Shown here in pieces: positions 8,034 through 17,351 of a stretch of DNA of 55,844 bases. The stretch is from a virus (lineage: Duplodnaviria > Caudoviricetes). A program made the position numbers and the translations under genes. The notes under the pieces are model-generated. The model did not search any database and had not been told where the DNA came from. It saw only the letters and a program-made list of their open reading frames with translations. Location: IMG/VR virus record IMGVR_UViG_3300043446_000624, positions 1-55,844 of that record; one strand, written 5' to 3'. Positions within the stretch are counted from its first letter, which is position 1. Every line of letters begins with the position of its first letter.

Positions 8034-10691
8034 ATGGCTACAAACATGGCCCCCGCGTTGTACGCGGCTCCTATGGGACTCGCAACTCTGGACGACGAGT
8101 CTGATCCGGGCATTGAGATCGAGGTCGTAGATCCTGAGTCGATGACCATCGACATTGATGGTGTGACCATCGAGCTGGAACCGAACGGTAAAGAAGCTAG
8201 CGAGGAGTTCGACGCCAACTTGGCCGAGGGCATGGATGAGGCCGAGCTGATGAAGATCGCGGGCGAACTCATCGAGGATGTGGACGCAGACATCGCTAGT
8301 CGCAAGGACTGGACCGAAGCGTACGTCAAGGGGCTGGAAGTTCTGGGGATGAAGTACGAAGAACGTACTGAACCTTGGACTGGCGCGTGCGGCGTGTACT
8401 CCACCATCCTGACGGAAGCCGCGATCCGGTTCCAGTCAGAGTCCATCATGGAGACGTTCCCCGCAGCGGGCCCCGTGAAGACTGAGATCATCGGCGCAAT
8501 CGACAAGCTGAAAGAGCAAGCGGCCAAGCGCGTTCAGGATGATATGAACTATCGCCTGACTGAAGAGATGCCGGAGTACAGAGCCGAGCATGAGCGCATG
8601 CTGTACAACCTAGGCTTGGCTGGCAGTGCATTTAAGAAGGTGTACTTCGATCCGGGCAAGGGCCGTCAGGTTGCCATGTTCATCCCAGCCGAAGAGATCA
8701 TCATCCCTTACGGCGCGTCGGGGGTTAACTCGGCGGAGCGTGTGACGCAGGTCATGCGCAAGACGAAGAACGAGATTAAGCGCCTTCAGGTTGCAGGGTT
8801 CTATTGTGATGTGGACCTAGGCGAGCCGACACAGCAGAGCACGGACGTCGAGAAGAAAAAGGCGGACGAGCAAGGCTACAGCATCACTGATGATGACCGC
8901 TATCAGATCTATGAAGTGCACGTCACGATGGAGATGCCGGGTGACGAGGACGAGGATGGGATCGCCCGTCCGTACGTCGTGACCATCGACAAGGGCACCA
9001 CTAAGGTCTTGTCCATCTACCGCAACTGGGACGAGGACGACACTCTATATGAGAAGCGTCAGCACTTCGTACAGTATGACTACATCCGTGGCTTTGGCGC
9101 TTATGGTCTGGGTCTGATCCACATCATCGGCGGCTACGCGCGTGCGGGAACCATGCTGATCCGTCAGCTGGTTGATGCGGGTACGCTGTCCAACCTGCCC
9201 GGGGGATTGAAAGCACGCGGCTTGCGTGTGAAGGGTGACGACACTCCGATCGCTCCCGGAGAGTTCCGTGACGTGGACATCCCGTCCGGCTCTATTAAAG
9301 ACAACATCATGGCGCTCCCGTACAAGGAGCCGAGTCAGGTGTTGGCAGGTCTGCTGGATAAGATCACGGAAGAAGGCCGTCGTCTGGGCTCCATCGCTGA
9401 TATGAACGTCAGCGACATGAGCGCCCAAGCGCCGGTGGGTACGACGCTGGCTCTCTTGGAGCGTCAGTTGAAGACGATGGGCGCTGTTCAGGCGCGCGTG
9501 CACGCGGCGATGAAAGAGGAGTTCAAGCTCCTGAAGAACATTATCCGTGACCTGACCCCGGCTGAGTACGACTATGTGCCCGAGGGCGCAGACCCTGTGG
9601 CTAAGCAAGCTGACTACGACATCGTCGAGGTGATCCCGGTCAGCGACCCCAACAGCAGCACGATGGCTCAGCGGATCATGCAGTATCAAGCTGTGATCCA
9701 GTTGGCTAGCCAAGCTCCGCAGATTTATGATTTGCCGTACTTGCATCGTCAGATGATCGAGGTGCTTGGTGTTCGCAACGCGGAAAAGCTTGTCCCGATG
9801 AAGGATGACATGACGCCGCGCGATCCGATCAGTGAGAACATGGCGTTCCTGAATGGCCAGCCGACCAAGGCGTTCATCTATCAGGATCACGATGCGCACA
9901 TCGCTGCTCACACGGCAATGATGCAAGACCCGCTTCTCATGGCGCAGATGGGCCAGAACCCGATGGCTCAGCAGATGCAGGCAGCTATCATGGCTCACAT
10001 TGCTGAACACTTGGCGTTCGCGTACCGCGCGAAGATCGAGAAACAGATCGGCGTTGCGCTCCCGGCACCGGACGAGCAGATGCCCGAGGACGTTGAGGTC
10101 AACCTCTCTCGCATGGTGGCTGAGGCTTCTCAGCAAGTGCTGGCGATGTCCAAGGGACAGGCGGCACAACAGCAGGCTCAGCAGCAGATGCAGGATCCGT
10201 TGCTCCAGTTGCAGATACAAGAGCTGAAGATCAAGGAGCAGGAAGCAGCTACCAAGGCGCAGAAAGTCGAGAACGACAAGATGCTCAAGGAAGCCGAGCT
10301 GGTGCTCAAGGCGGAAGAGATTCATGCCAAGATTGGCATGGATGACCCGGCGATGATCCAGCAGCGTCACGAGATCGAGATGCAGGCGTTGATTGCTCAG
10401 CAACAGCGCGAGATGCAAGCCCATCAACAAGAGATGATGATGAAGCAACAGCAAGCTCAGCAGGCTATGGCGCAGCAACAAGGCGCAGCAGCCGGACAAG
10501 CTGACGCAGCCAAGATGCAGCAAGCGATGCAAGCTCAGCAGCACGCGCAGAAGATGGCACACGGCGGACAGGTCCACGCGCAGAAACTACACCACGCGCA
10601 TGAGGCGCACAAGCAGAACTTGGAGCATCAGAAACAAATAACGGCTGCAAAACCCAAGAGCCAAGCTAAGCCAAAAAAGGGTAATGAATGA
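8034..10691 (+). CDS. portal protein with long Gln/His-rich C-terminal extension
   Basis: Follows terL; GSAFKKVYFD and LVDAGTLSNLPGG portal-type motifs; coiled-coil tail. Confidence 0.9.
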   Translation: MATNMAPALYAAPMGLATLDDESDPGIEIEVVDPESMTIDIDGVTIELEPNGKEASEEFDANLAEGMDEAELMKIAGELIEDVDADIASRKDWTEAYVKGLEVLGMKYEERTEPWTGACGVYSTILTEAAIRFQSESIMETFPAAGPVKTEIIGAIDKLKEQAAKRVQDDMNYRLTEEMPEYRAEHERMLYNLGLAGSAFKKVYFDPGKGRQVAMFIPAEEIIIPYGASGVNSAERVTQVMRKTKNEIKRLQVAGFYCDVDLGEPTQQSTDVEKKKADEQGYSITDDDRYQIYEVHVTMEMPGDEDEDGIARPYVVTIDKGTTKVLSIYRNWDEDDTLYEKRQHFVQYDYIRGFGAYGLGLIHIIGGYARAGTMLIRQLVDAGTLSNLPGGLKARGLRVKGDDTPIAPGEFRDVDIPSGSIKDNIMALPYKEPSQVLAGLLDKITEEGRRLGSIADMNVSDMSAQAPVGTTLALLERQLKTMGAVQARVHAAMKEEFKLLKNIIRDLTPAEYDYVPEGADPVAKQADYDIVEVIPVSDPNSSTMAQRIMQYQAVIQLASQAPQIYDLPYLHRQMIEVLGVRNAEKLVPMKDDMTPRDPISENMAFLNGQPTKAFIYQDHDAHIAAHTAMMQDPLLMAQMGQNPMAQQMQAAIMAHIAEHLAFAYRAKIEKQIGVALPAPDEQMPEDVEVNLSRMVAEASQQVLAMSKGQAAQQQAQQQMQDPLLQLQIQELKIKEQEAATKAQKVENDKMLKEAELVLKAEEIHAKIGMDDPAMIQQRHEIEMQALIAQQQREMQAHQQEMMMKQQQAQQAMAQQQGAAAGQADAAKMQQAMQAQQHAQKMAHGGQVHAQKLHHAHEAHKQNLEHQKQITAAKPKSQAKPKKGNE

Positions 10692-10879
10692 CCGAATTTG
10701 ATCTATTAAGAAAGCAAAACAATGAGCTGCGGGAGCTAGCAGTTAATCAGATGGTGAGCGGAAACGTGCAAAACGTTGAAGCCTATCGTGAATTGGTCGG
10801 TTTTATCCGAGGTCTGGACCGCGCCAATTCCAACATTACAGACCTCGAGAAACGTTTGGAGCAAAACGACGATGAGTGA
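10688..10879 (+). CDS. small conserved head-module protein
   Basis: 63 aa, YRELVGFIRGL motif; translationally coupled. Confidence 0.75.
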   Translation: MTEFDLLRKQNNELRELAVNQMVSGNVQNVEAYRELVGFIRGLDRANSNITDLEKRLEQNDDE

Positions 10880-11273
10880 AATCCTAGTAAGCCAAGACGG
10901 TGCCACATCCACTGTACTTCCCGCCACGGCTGAAGAGAAAGCACGCCAAATCCCTGATCCTGCAACTTTCCACTTACTATGTGTCTTACCGGACATTGAC
11001 GAAGAGTACGAAAGTGGTATTGTCAAGGCTGGCCAGACTCTTCATTACGAAGAGATTCTTTCTCCTGTGCTGTTTGTTGTGAAGATGGGTCCTGATGCGT
11101 ACAAGGACCCAAAGAAGTTCCCCCACGGGCCTTCCTGCAAGGTGGGTGACTTTGTGTTGGTCCGACCCAACACCGGTACCCGCATCAAGATCCACGGCAA
11201 AGAGTTCCGCATCATCTATGACGACTCCGTCCAGGGCGTCGTGCAGGATCCGCGCGGTATTACCAAAGCATAA
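10872..11273 (+). CDS. groES: GroES-like co-chaperonin
   Basis: ESGIV mobile loop, VVKMGP, CKVGDFVLV, GTRIKIHGKEFRIIYDDSVQGVV. Confidence 0.88.
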   Translation: MSEILVSQDGATSTVLPATAEEKARQIPDPATFHLLCVLPDIDEEYESGIVKAGQTLHYEEILSPVLFVVKMGPDAYKDPKKFPHGPSCKVGDFVLVRPNTGTRIKIHGKEFRIIYDDSVQGVVQDPRGITKA

Positions 11274-11284
11274 GGAGTAAAACT

Positions 11285-12235
11285 ATGGCTGAGCTAGATA
11301 AAGTCGAGTTTGAATTTCCGGACGAGATCGAGGAAAAAGAGGCTAAGGCCAAGGCGAAAGAAGCGGTCGAAGAAGAGATTGAAGTCATTGCTGAAGAGCC
11401 TGACCCCAAGCTAGCCCCCGCCCCCGCCCCCGAAGAAGTCACCGAAGAAGAGCTGAATAGGTACACCGACAAGCGCCTGAAGGAGCGTCTGGCCCATCTG
11501 GGCAAGGGCTACCACGACGCCAAACGGGAGAAAGAGTCTGCTTTGCGGGACCGGGAAGAGGCGCTCCGGCTGGCGGAATCTGTTGTCGAAGAGAACAAAC
11601 GGCTCAAGGGTTCGTTGTCTCAGGGACAGTCCGCACTGCTGGAACAGGCTAAAAAAGTGGTTGCGAACGAGGTCGAAGAGGCCAAGCGCAAGTACAAATA
11701 CGCCTACGAATCAGGTGACCCAGACGCTGTTGTAGCGGCTCAGGAAGAACTTACCGCTGCCAAGATCAAGGCAGACAAGGTGAATAACTTCAAACCAGCC
11801 CCTTTACAAGAGAATAAAACTGAGGTACAACCACGACAAATCACGCGAGAACCGCAAGTTGATCCCCGCGCTCACGCTTGGCAAGCCAAGAATGAGTGGT
11901 TTGGGAAAGACCGCGAAATGACCGGCTTTGCTCTCGCGTTGCACGAGAAGCTGGTCGTAGAGGATGGTGTTGATCCGACTTCCGATGAGTACTACCGGAG
12001 GCTCAACGGACGGATTCGCCAAGTGTTCCCGGAGAAATTTGCCTCCGAGGAGCCCGCTGATGCTCCCACTTCTCAGCGCCAACCCAAAGCAAACGTAGTT
12101 GCACCAGCGACTCGCAGCACTGCACCCAAGAAAATCGTGCTGGAACCGAGACAAGTGCAATTGGCCAAGCGGCTTGGAATTCCTCTGGAACTCTATGCCA
12201 AAAAGGTCGCGGAACAAGAAAGGAAAGTGTCATGA
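11285..12235 (+). CDS. capsid scaffolding protein
   Basis: Acidic N-terminus, long coiled coil, C-terminal LAKRLGIPLELYAK; lies upstream of capsid. Confidence 0.75.
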   Translation: MAELDKVEFEFPDEIEEKEAKAKAKEAVEEEIEVIAEEPDPKLAPAPAPEEVTEEELNRYTDKRLKERLAHLGKGYHDAKREKESALRDREEALRLAESVVEENKRLKGSLSQGQSALLEQAKKVVANEVEEAKRKYKYAYESGDPDAVVAAQEELTAAKIKADKVNNFKPAPLQENKTEVQPRQITREPQVDPRAHAWQAKNEWFGKDREMTGFALALHEKLVVEDGVDPTSDEYYRRLNGRIRQVFPEKFASEEPADAPTSQRQPKANVVAPATRSTAPKKIVLEPRQVQLAKRLGIPLELYAKKVAEQERKVS

Positions 12236-12684
12236 GTGAAGGCAGACTGAATCGCGAGATGGAGTCACGGAAAGAAGAAGAGCGTGAGCCGCTAACGTGG
12301 ACACAGCCTCAGCTACTTCCCGAAATTGATCCTGAAGAGGGGTATGCGTTCCGTTGGATCCGTACCGCTATGATGGGCCAAGCCGACGCCCGTAACATTT
12401 CCATGAAATTTCGTGAGGGTTGGGTACCTGTGAAGGCATCAGATCATCCCGAAGCTCAGGCGTATATTGATCCGAATTCCCGGTACAAAGATGCGATTGA
12501 GGTCGGTGGACTGATTCTTTGCAAGACACCCATAGAGCTGACGAAGCAGCGTGATGCGTTCTATCAGAAACAAGCTGAAGACCAAATCAACTCTGTGGAC
12601 AACAGCTTCATGCGCGAAAATGATCCGAGGATGAAGAAGTTCGCAGAACGGAACTCCACGGTGACTTTCGGCAAAGGCGTCTAA
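12232..12684 (+). CDS. conserved head-module protein
   Basis: GYAFRWIR...REGWVPV...GGLILCK motif; coupled to scaffold gene. Confidence 0.75.
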   Translation: MSEGRLNREMESRKEEEREPLTWTQPQLLPEIDPEEGYAFRWIRTAMMGQADARNISMKFREGWVPVKASDHPEAQAYIDPNSRYKDAIEVGGLILCKTPIELTKQRDAFYQKQAEDQINSVDNSFMRENDPRMKKFAERNSTVTFGKGV

Positions 12685-12703
12685 CTTTTTAATGGAGTCA
12701 TAA

Positions 12704-13546
12704 ATGGCTTATCCCCAAGTCTCAGCCCCTTACGGGCTACGACCGATCAACCTGATCGGTGGGCAAGTGTTTGCGGGTTCCACTCGCAGCCTGCCTATTC
12801 AGTATGGCTACGGCACGAACATCTTCTATGGTGATTTCGTGGTTCTGTCGCGTGGTTTCATCACCCGCGCCTCCGTGTCCACCGGTACGGCTAGCAACCA
12901 AGTCACAGGCGTGTTCTTGGGCTGCTCCTATACCAACCCCCTGACCAAGCAGAAGACCTTCTCGCAATACTGGCCCGCTTCCACGCTGGCTGGCGATGCG
13001 CAAGCAGTCGTCTGTGATGATCCGGACACTGTGTTTGAAGCTGTGGTTTGCTCTTCCGGCACGACCGTCGCTTCCAGCGCTCTGGCTATGGTTGGTACCA
13101 ACCTGTCGTTGATTAACAACACCGGCAGCACCTCCACCGGCAACTCTGCTAACGCAGTTCTGGCTCCTGTCGCCACCCCCGTCACCTCGATCCTCCCGGT
13201 TCGTTGCGTCGGTGTTGTGCCTGATAGCGCCATCGCTGTGTCGGCTACCGGTAGCTCGTCTACGACCACCATTACCCTGACTGGCACGGGCTTGCCCTCC
13301 GCCATCCCCATCGGTACTGACGTCGCTTACGTTGCTTCTAACGGTCAGTTGATTGAAACCGGCTCGTTTGTTACTGCTGCAGCTGCTCTTGGCGCCACCT
13401 CGGTGACCATCAACGCTCAGCCGAACGTTCTCGGTGCCGGTACTGACATCCCGGCGTCTTCCACCATTGTGTTCACTCAGTATCCCGAGATTCTGGTCAA
13501 GTTGAACCTGTTGGTGCATGGCTACTACAGCTCTACCACCGCCTAA
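12704..13546 (+). CDS. putative capsid decoration/cement protein
   Basis: Beta-rich, S/T/G/A-rich; APYGLRP and DDPDTVFE motifs; directly upstream of MCP; strongly biased codons. Confidence 0.6.
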   Translation: MAYPQVSAPYGLRPINLIGGQVFAGSTRSLPIQYGYGTNIFYGDFVVLSRGFITRASVSTGTASNQVTGVFLGCSYTNPLTKQKTFSQYWPASTLAGDAQAVVCDDPDTVFEAVVCSSGTTVASSALAMVGTNLSLINNTGSTSTGNSANAVLAPVATPVTSILPVRCVGVVPDSAIAVSATGSSSTTTITLTGTGLPSAIPIGTDVAYVASNGQLIETGSFVTAAAALGATSVTINAQPNVLGAGTDIPASSTIVFTQYPEILVKLNLLVHGYYSSTTA

Positions 13547-13561
13547 TAGGAGTAATTCAAA

Positions 13562-14473
13562 ATGGCTATTTCTCGTGCCCAACTACTGAAAGAACTCCTC
13601 CCCGGCTTGAACGCGCTGTTTGGTCTGGAGTACGCTCGCTACGGCGAAGAACACAAAGAGATCTACGAAACCGAGACCTCTGAGCGTTCGTTTGAAGAAG
13701 AAACCAAGCTGTCTGGCTTCTCCGCCGCTCCGGTGAAGAACGAAGGTCAGGCAATTGCGTATGACAACGCGCAAGAAGCTTGGACTGCTCGCTACAACCA
13801 CGAAACCATCGCTATGGGCTTCGCCATTACGGAAGAAGCAGTGGAAGACAACCTGTATGACAGCTTGTCCAGCCGCTATACCAAAGGTCTGGCTCGTGCT
13901 ATGGCGTACACCAAGCAAGTGAAAGCAGCTGCGATTCTGAACAACGGTTTCAGCTCTGCTTATACCTACGGTGATGGCGTGTCGCTGTTCTCTACCGCTC
14001 ACCCCCTGGTGAACGGCGGAACCAACAGCAACCGTCCTTCCACCGGTGTTGACCTGAATGAAACGTCGTTGGAAAACGCCGTGATTCAGATCGCTGGTTG
14101 GACGGACGAACGCGGTCTGCTGATCGCTGCCAAGCCCAAGAAGTTGATTGTTCCGCCGAGCCTGATGTTCGTCGCTACCCGCCTGCTTGAAACCGAGCTG
14201 CGCGTTGGTACCACCGACAACGACATCAACGCTCTGAAGAACAACGGTTCGATCCCTGATGGTTACACCGTGAACCACTATCTGACCGACACCAACGCTT
14301 GGTTCCTGACCACCGACGTTCCTAACGGCCTGAAGCACTTCGTGCGTATGCCTCTGGATACGAAGATGGACGGCGACTTTGATACCGGCAACGTCCGTTA
14401 CAAGGCTCGTGAGCGTTATTCGTTCGGCGTGTCTGATCCTCTGGGCATCTACGGCTCACCGGGTTCGACCTGA
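13562..14473 (+). CDS. major capsid protein (Mu-gpT-like HK97 fold)
   Basis: MAISRAQLLKELLPGLNALFG...GDGVSLFSTAHP...RYKARERYSFG; strong RBS; terminator after. Confidence 0.92.
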   Translation: MAISRAQLLKELLPGLNALFGLEYARYGEEHKEIYETETSERSFEEETKLSGFSAAPVKNEGQAIAYDNAQEAWTARYNHETIAMGFAITEEAVEDNLYDSLSSRYTKGLARAMAYTKQVKAAAILNNGFSSAYTYGDGVSLFSTAHPLVNGGTNSNRPSTGVDLNETSLENAVIQIAGWTDERGLLIAAKPKKLIVPPSLMFVATRLLETELRVGTTDNDINALKNNGSIPDGYTVNHYLTDTNAWFLTTDVPNGLKHFVRMPLDTKMDGDFDTGNVRYKARERYSFGVSDPLGIYGSPGST

Positions 14474-14486
14474 TCGGCGAGAAAAG

Positions 14487-14509
14487 AGGGGACTTCGGTC
14501 CCCTTTTTT
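14487..14509 (+). terminator. intrinsic terminator after MCP
   Basis: AGGGGACTTCGGTCCCCTTTTTT. Confidence 0.9.
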
Positions 14510-14510
14510 G

Positions 14511-14538
14511 TTGCTTTATTTTCTTTTTGGTGTATATT
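14511..14538 (+). promoter_or_regulatory. sigma70-like promoter
   Basis: TTGCTT-16 nt-TATATT immediately after the terminator. Confidence 0.5.
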
Positions 14539-14546
14539 GCCAGCAT

Positions 14547-14615
14547 CTGGGTGACCACTTCTATCGACTGCCCCAGCAGACGATGCAACGACGATAGAGG
14601 TACTTTTGCATAGGG
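14547..14615 (+). ncRNA. structured cis-RNA with kissing hairpins; candidate Mu-gpT-DE-type motif
   Basis: CTGGG/CCCAG and ATGCAA/TTGCAT stems whose loops ACTTCTATCG and CGATAGAGGT are complementary; downstream of Mu-gpT-like MCP. Confidence 0.6.
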
Positions 14616-14622
14616 ATTTATC

Positions 14623-15300
14623 ATGAGTCGTTCAACTTTTAGCGGGCCAGTCCTCGTTGGTGATCAACGTTTTGGCGCTTTGCGTAACGTCGGCACCGCC
14701 GAACTTGTTCAAGGCATTTCACTTAGCCTTTCTAACACCACTCCCGGCACTGCTGGTTACGCTGGCAGCAGCGGTGTTTTTGCGGCTAGTAACAACATCC
14801 CCAACACCCCCGGTGTTGTTTATAACCCCGGCACTAATCCCGCCACCGTTCAGACTATCACGGCTGATACTGGCTCGGTCATCTATCGCGGCGTTGTGTT
14901 CTATTTGCCTGTTGGTTCTGATCTGCACGATCTGCTGGTTGACGTTCAAGCTAACCCAACCTTCACTTCTGGCAGCTTGTCCAACATGCAGTTCTTCTGC
15001 TCCAACAAGTTTGACGGCACCGCTGGTAGTTACTTCCAGACTGGCGCTACCGGCGGTGTTGGTCGCGTTGCTCTGTCTACGTTCACTGCAACGCAGATGG
15101 CTAACCAGCAAGCCACTTCCGCTGACGTTCTCACTGGCGGCACTCAGCCCAACGTGTCTCAAGTTGTTGTGACTTGCGTCATCAACGGCACGTCTATGTC
15201 TGGCCTGACCGGCGGTGTTTTCAACATCACTCTGCGTTACGGCACTCCTGACAACAACATCGGCACTGCCACCACGTACCCCTACGGTAACTTGGATTAA
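14623..15300 (+). CDS. virion structural protein (putative minor capsid/decoration)
   Basis: MSRSTFSGPV N-terminus; beta-rich; followed by hairpin. Confidence 0.65.
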   Translation: MSRSTFSGPVLVGDQRFGALRNVGTAELVQGISLSLSNTTPGTAGYAGSSGVFAASNNIPNTPGVVYNPGTNPATVQTITADTGSVIYRGVVFYLPVGSDLHDLLVDVQANPTFTSGSLSNMQFFCSNKFDGTAGSYFQTGATGGVGRVALSTFTATQMANQQATSADVLTGGTQPNVSQVVVTCVINGTSMSGLTGGVFNITLRYGTPDNNIGTATTYPYGNLD

Positions 15301-15307
15301 TGGCTAA

Positions 15308-15325
15308 CGGGGGCTTCGGCCCCCG
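15308..15325 (+). terminator. cUUCGg hairpin (weak terminator or stabiliser)
   Basis: CGGGGGCTTCGGCCCCCG with no clear U-tract. Confidence 0.45.
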
Positions 15326-15343
15326 CCTAACAGGAGCACAGAC

Positions 15344-15613
15344 ATGATGCAGACTGATGTCAAAGGTGTAAGCTGCCCAGCTGGCACCGCGACTACCGCC
15401 TATAGCGGGCGTACTCGTTTGAAAGGTCTGTACTACAGCGCATCCGCCGCCTCTACGGTGGCAATCGCTGACGGTACTAGAACTCTTTTCACGTTCACAA
15501 TTGCGGCTGCTGACGCCACTTACGTCATTCTTCCCGGAGAGGGCGTAACGTGTGAAACTAGCTTGGTCGTTACTGTTGGTGCTCTTTGTACTGCGGTGGC
15601 GTTCTATGGCTAA
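15344..15613 (+). CDS. small beta-rich virion protein
   Basis: MMQTDVK...ILPGEGV...FYG; AGGAG RBS. Confidence 0.75.
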   Translation: MMQTDVKGVSCPAGTATTAYSGRTRLKGLYYSASAASTVAIADGTRTLFTFTIAAADATYVILPGEGVTCETSLVVTVGALCTAVAFYG

Positions 15614-15851
15614 GTCACCAGCATGGCAACGCAAGGAAGGCAAGAATCCCAATGGCGGCTTGAACGCCAAGGGTCGCGCCTCTGCCAAAAAACAGGGCAT
15701 GAACTTGAAGCCTCCCCAGCCGGAAGGCGGCTCACGCCGCGACTCTTTCTGCGCAAGGATGAGTGGGATGAAGAAGAAGCTCACCGGCGAGAAGGCCAAG
15801 AAAGACCCGAACTCGCGGATCAATAAGAGCCTGCGGGCGTGGAACTGCTGA
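15606..15851 (+). CDS. small Lys/Arg-rich protein (DUF6321-like)
   Basis: MAKSPAWQRKEGKNPNGGLNAKGRAS...RRDSFCARM...SLRAWNC. Confidence 0.75.
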   Translation: MAKSPAWQRKEGKNPNGGLNAKGRASAKKQGMNLKPPQPEGGSRRDSFCARMSGMKKKLTGEKAKKDPNSRINKSLRAWNC

Positions 15852-15852
15852 A

Positions 15853-16056
15853 ATGAAACCCGAAAATGCAGAGTTAATGAAGCAGGTTGGCGACGGGATT
15901 TCCGTCGTTACTGCGGTTGCAACGCTTGCGGAGGTTTTGCCTTCGGTTGCGGCGTTGTTTACGATCGTCTGGACGGGCATGCGTATTGTCGAAATGATTG
16001 CGGGTAAGCCTTTCTCCGAGGTTATCCGCCGAAAGAAAGACGATGCCGAGCAGTAG
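15853..16056 (+). CDS. small membrane protein, possible holin-like
   Basis: Hydrophobic stretch ISVVTAVATLAEVLPSVAALFTIVWTGM and charged C-terminus. Confidence 0.55.
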   Translation: MKPENAELMKQVGDGISVVTAVATLAEVLPSVAALFTIVWTGMRIVEMIAGKPFSEVIRRKKDDAEQ

Positions 16057-16360
16057 TAAGAAGCAGCACAACTTCATGGAAGCCGTGGCCCATAGTCCGG
16101 CATTTGCGAAGAAAGCAGGCGTCCCGCAGTCCGTGGGACAAGAGTTCAGCAAGGCGGACAAGGGCCGCAAATTTTCAAAAGGTGGTAACGTTATGGCAAC
16201 GAAATCTGTAGACGCTGGCATGAGCAAAACCATGCAAAAAGTTAAGACGGCTGCTCCCAGCCGTGACGGTATTGCCCAAAAAGGCAAAACCAAAGGCACG
16301 CAAGTAAAAATGTCCGGCAACAAAATGACCAAGGGCATGAAGCGCGGCGGTAAGTGCTAA
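16043..16360 (+). CDS. small Lys-rich protein with xxGG motifs
   Basis: MPSSSKKQHNFM...KFSKGG...RDGIAQKGKTKG...MKRGGKC. Confidence 0.75.
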   Translation: MPSSSKKQHNFMEAVAHSPAFAKKAGVPQSVGQEFSKADKGRKFSKGGNVMATKSVDAGMSKTMQKVKTAAPSRDGIAQKGKTKGTQVKMSGNKMTKGMKRGGKC

Positions 16361-16370
16361 GGAGCAGATC

Positions 16371-16622
16371 ATGCCCATGACGCCTCCCAAACCCGCTCCC
16401 AAAATGTATGGGACGTCTGTAACCACCCCCGTGGTTACAAGCGGGCCAACTAGATCGACCCCTGTTTCTGTTGGTACGCCCACTTTTTCGGCTGCGACTA
16501 ACAAAGGCGGTATGTCCAGCGGCACCCCCGTGTTTACGAAAAAATTCGCCAAAGGCGGCTCCGCTTCCAAACGCGCCGACGGGATTGCCAAAAAAGGCAA
16601 GACTCGCGGCAAAATGTGCTGA
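16371..16622 (+). CDS. small Lys/Thr/Pro-rich protein with FAKGG-SKRADGIA motif
   Basis: AGGAG RBS; C-terminal KKFAKGGSASKRADGIAKKGKTRGKMC. Confidence 0.75.
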   Translation: MPMTPPKPAPKMYGTSVTTPVVTSGPTRSTPVSVGTPTFSAATNKGGMSSGTPVFTKKFAKGGSASKRADGIAKKGKTRGKMC

Positions 16623-16630
16623 GGAATATC

Positions 16631-16909
16631 ATGGCAACCAAAAAACAAGCTGGCGCAGGACGTGGATTTGTAAATCCCCAGCGCACCGACGAAACCGATG
16701 CCGAATACATCACGCCTAAACAGCGTTACGACATGGAAAAGCAGCTGGAAGAACAGAAAACCACTGCCCAGACCGAAAAAGCCTATAACGCGGCTGTCGG
16801 CTATAAAAAAGGCGGCATGACGGCATCCAAACGCGCTGACGGTATTGCTCAACGTGGCAAAACCCGTGGCACGATGGTGATGTGCGGCGGCGGCATGGCA
16901 AGGAAATAA
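16631..16909 (+). CDS. small protein with YKKGG-SKRADGIA motif
   Basis: GAGG RBS; GYKKGGMTASKRADGIAQRGKTRG. Confidence 0.75.
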   Translation: MATKKQAGAGRGFVNPQRTDETDAEYITPKQRYDMEKQLEEQKTTAQTEKAYNAAVGYKKGGMTASKRADGIAQRGKTRGTMVMCGGGMARK

Positions 16910-16911
16910 TC

Positions 16912-17166
16912 ATGATGGCCAGTCGCGGTATGGGGGACATCAATCCCTCCAAGATGCCCGGCGCTAAGCGTAAGGCTCGCCGAGATGACACTGACTTTAT
17001 CCAGTATGCTGAAGGTGGCAAAGTCTGGAGCAAACCGCGTCCGGCAGGATTGGGCGATCCTGTCAAACTTTCTCCCAAAAAGAAAGCTCAAGCGAAGGCT
17101 CGCGCCAAAAGCGCGGGTCGCCCGTATCCCAATCTAGTTGACAACATGAACGCAGCAAAGGGCTGA
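16912..17166 (+). CDS. small basic protein with YAEGG motif
   Basis: MMASRGMGDINPSKMP...YAEGGKV...YPNLVDNMNAA. Confidence 0.75.
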   Translation: MMASRGMGDINPSKMPGAKRKARRDDTDFIQYAEGGKVWSKPRPAGLGDPVKLSPKKKAQAKARAKSAGRPYPNLVDNMNAAKG

Positions 17167-17168
17167 AT

Positions 17169-17348
17169 ATGAACCTCGATACCGTACTGAAATGTGCGCA
17201 AATGGCCGCTACCAAGCAAGAAGCCTTCTTGGGTCGCGTGGATCAAGACATCCAAGACCTGATCGCCGAGCTGACCGCGCCTCCCGCGCCCAAGACCACG
17301 ACCAAAAAAGCCGTAGCTGAACCCGTAGCAGAACCTGCAGCGGAGTAA
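17169..17348 (+). CDS. small hypothetical protein (59 aa)
   Basis: Below cutoff: MNLDTVLKCAQMAATKQEAFLGRVDQ...AEPAAE; fills the gap between neighbours. Confidence 0.7.
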   Translation: MNLDTVLKCAQMAATKQEAFLGRVDQDIQDLIAELTAPPAPKTTTKKAVAEPVAEPAAE

Positions 17349-17351
17349 AAC

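Noticed and set aside
9045-14338. Long antisense ORFs (510, 281 and 251 aa) opposite portal, decoration and capsid genes
   Set aside because: Shadow ORFs caused by codon bias of the sense genes; no RBS or recognisable motifs
4858-14509. Identical terminator AGGGGACTTCGGTCCCCTTTTT at 4858-4879 (-) and 14487-14508 (+)
   Set aside because: Generic cUUCGg terminator; not evidence of an invertible segment or mobile element
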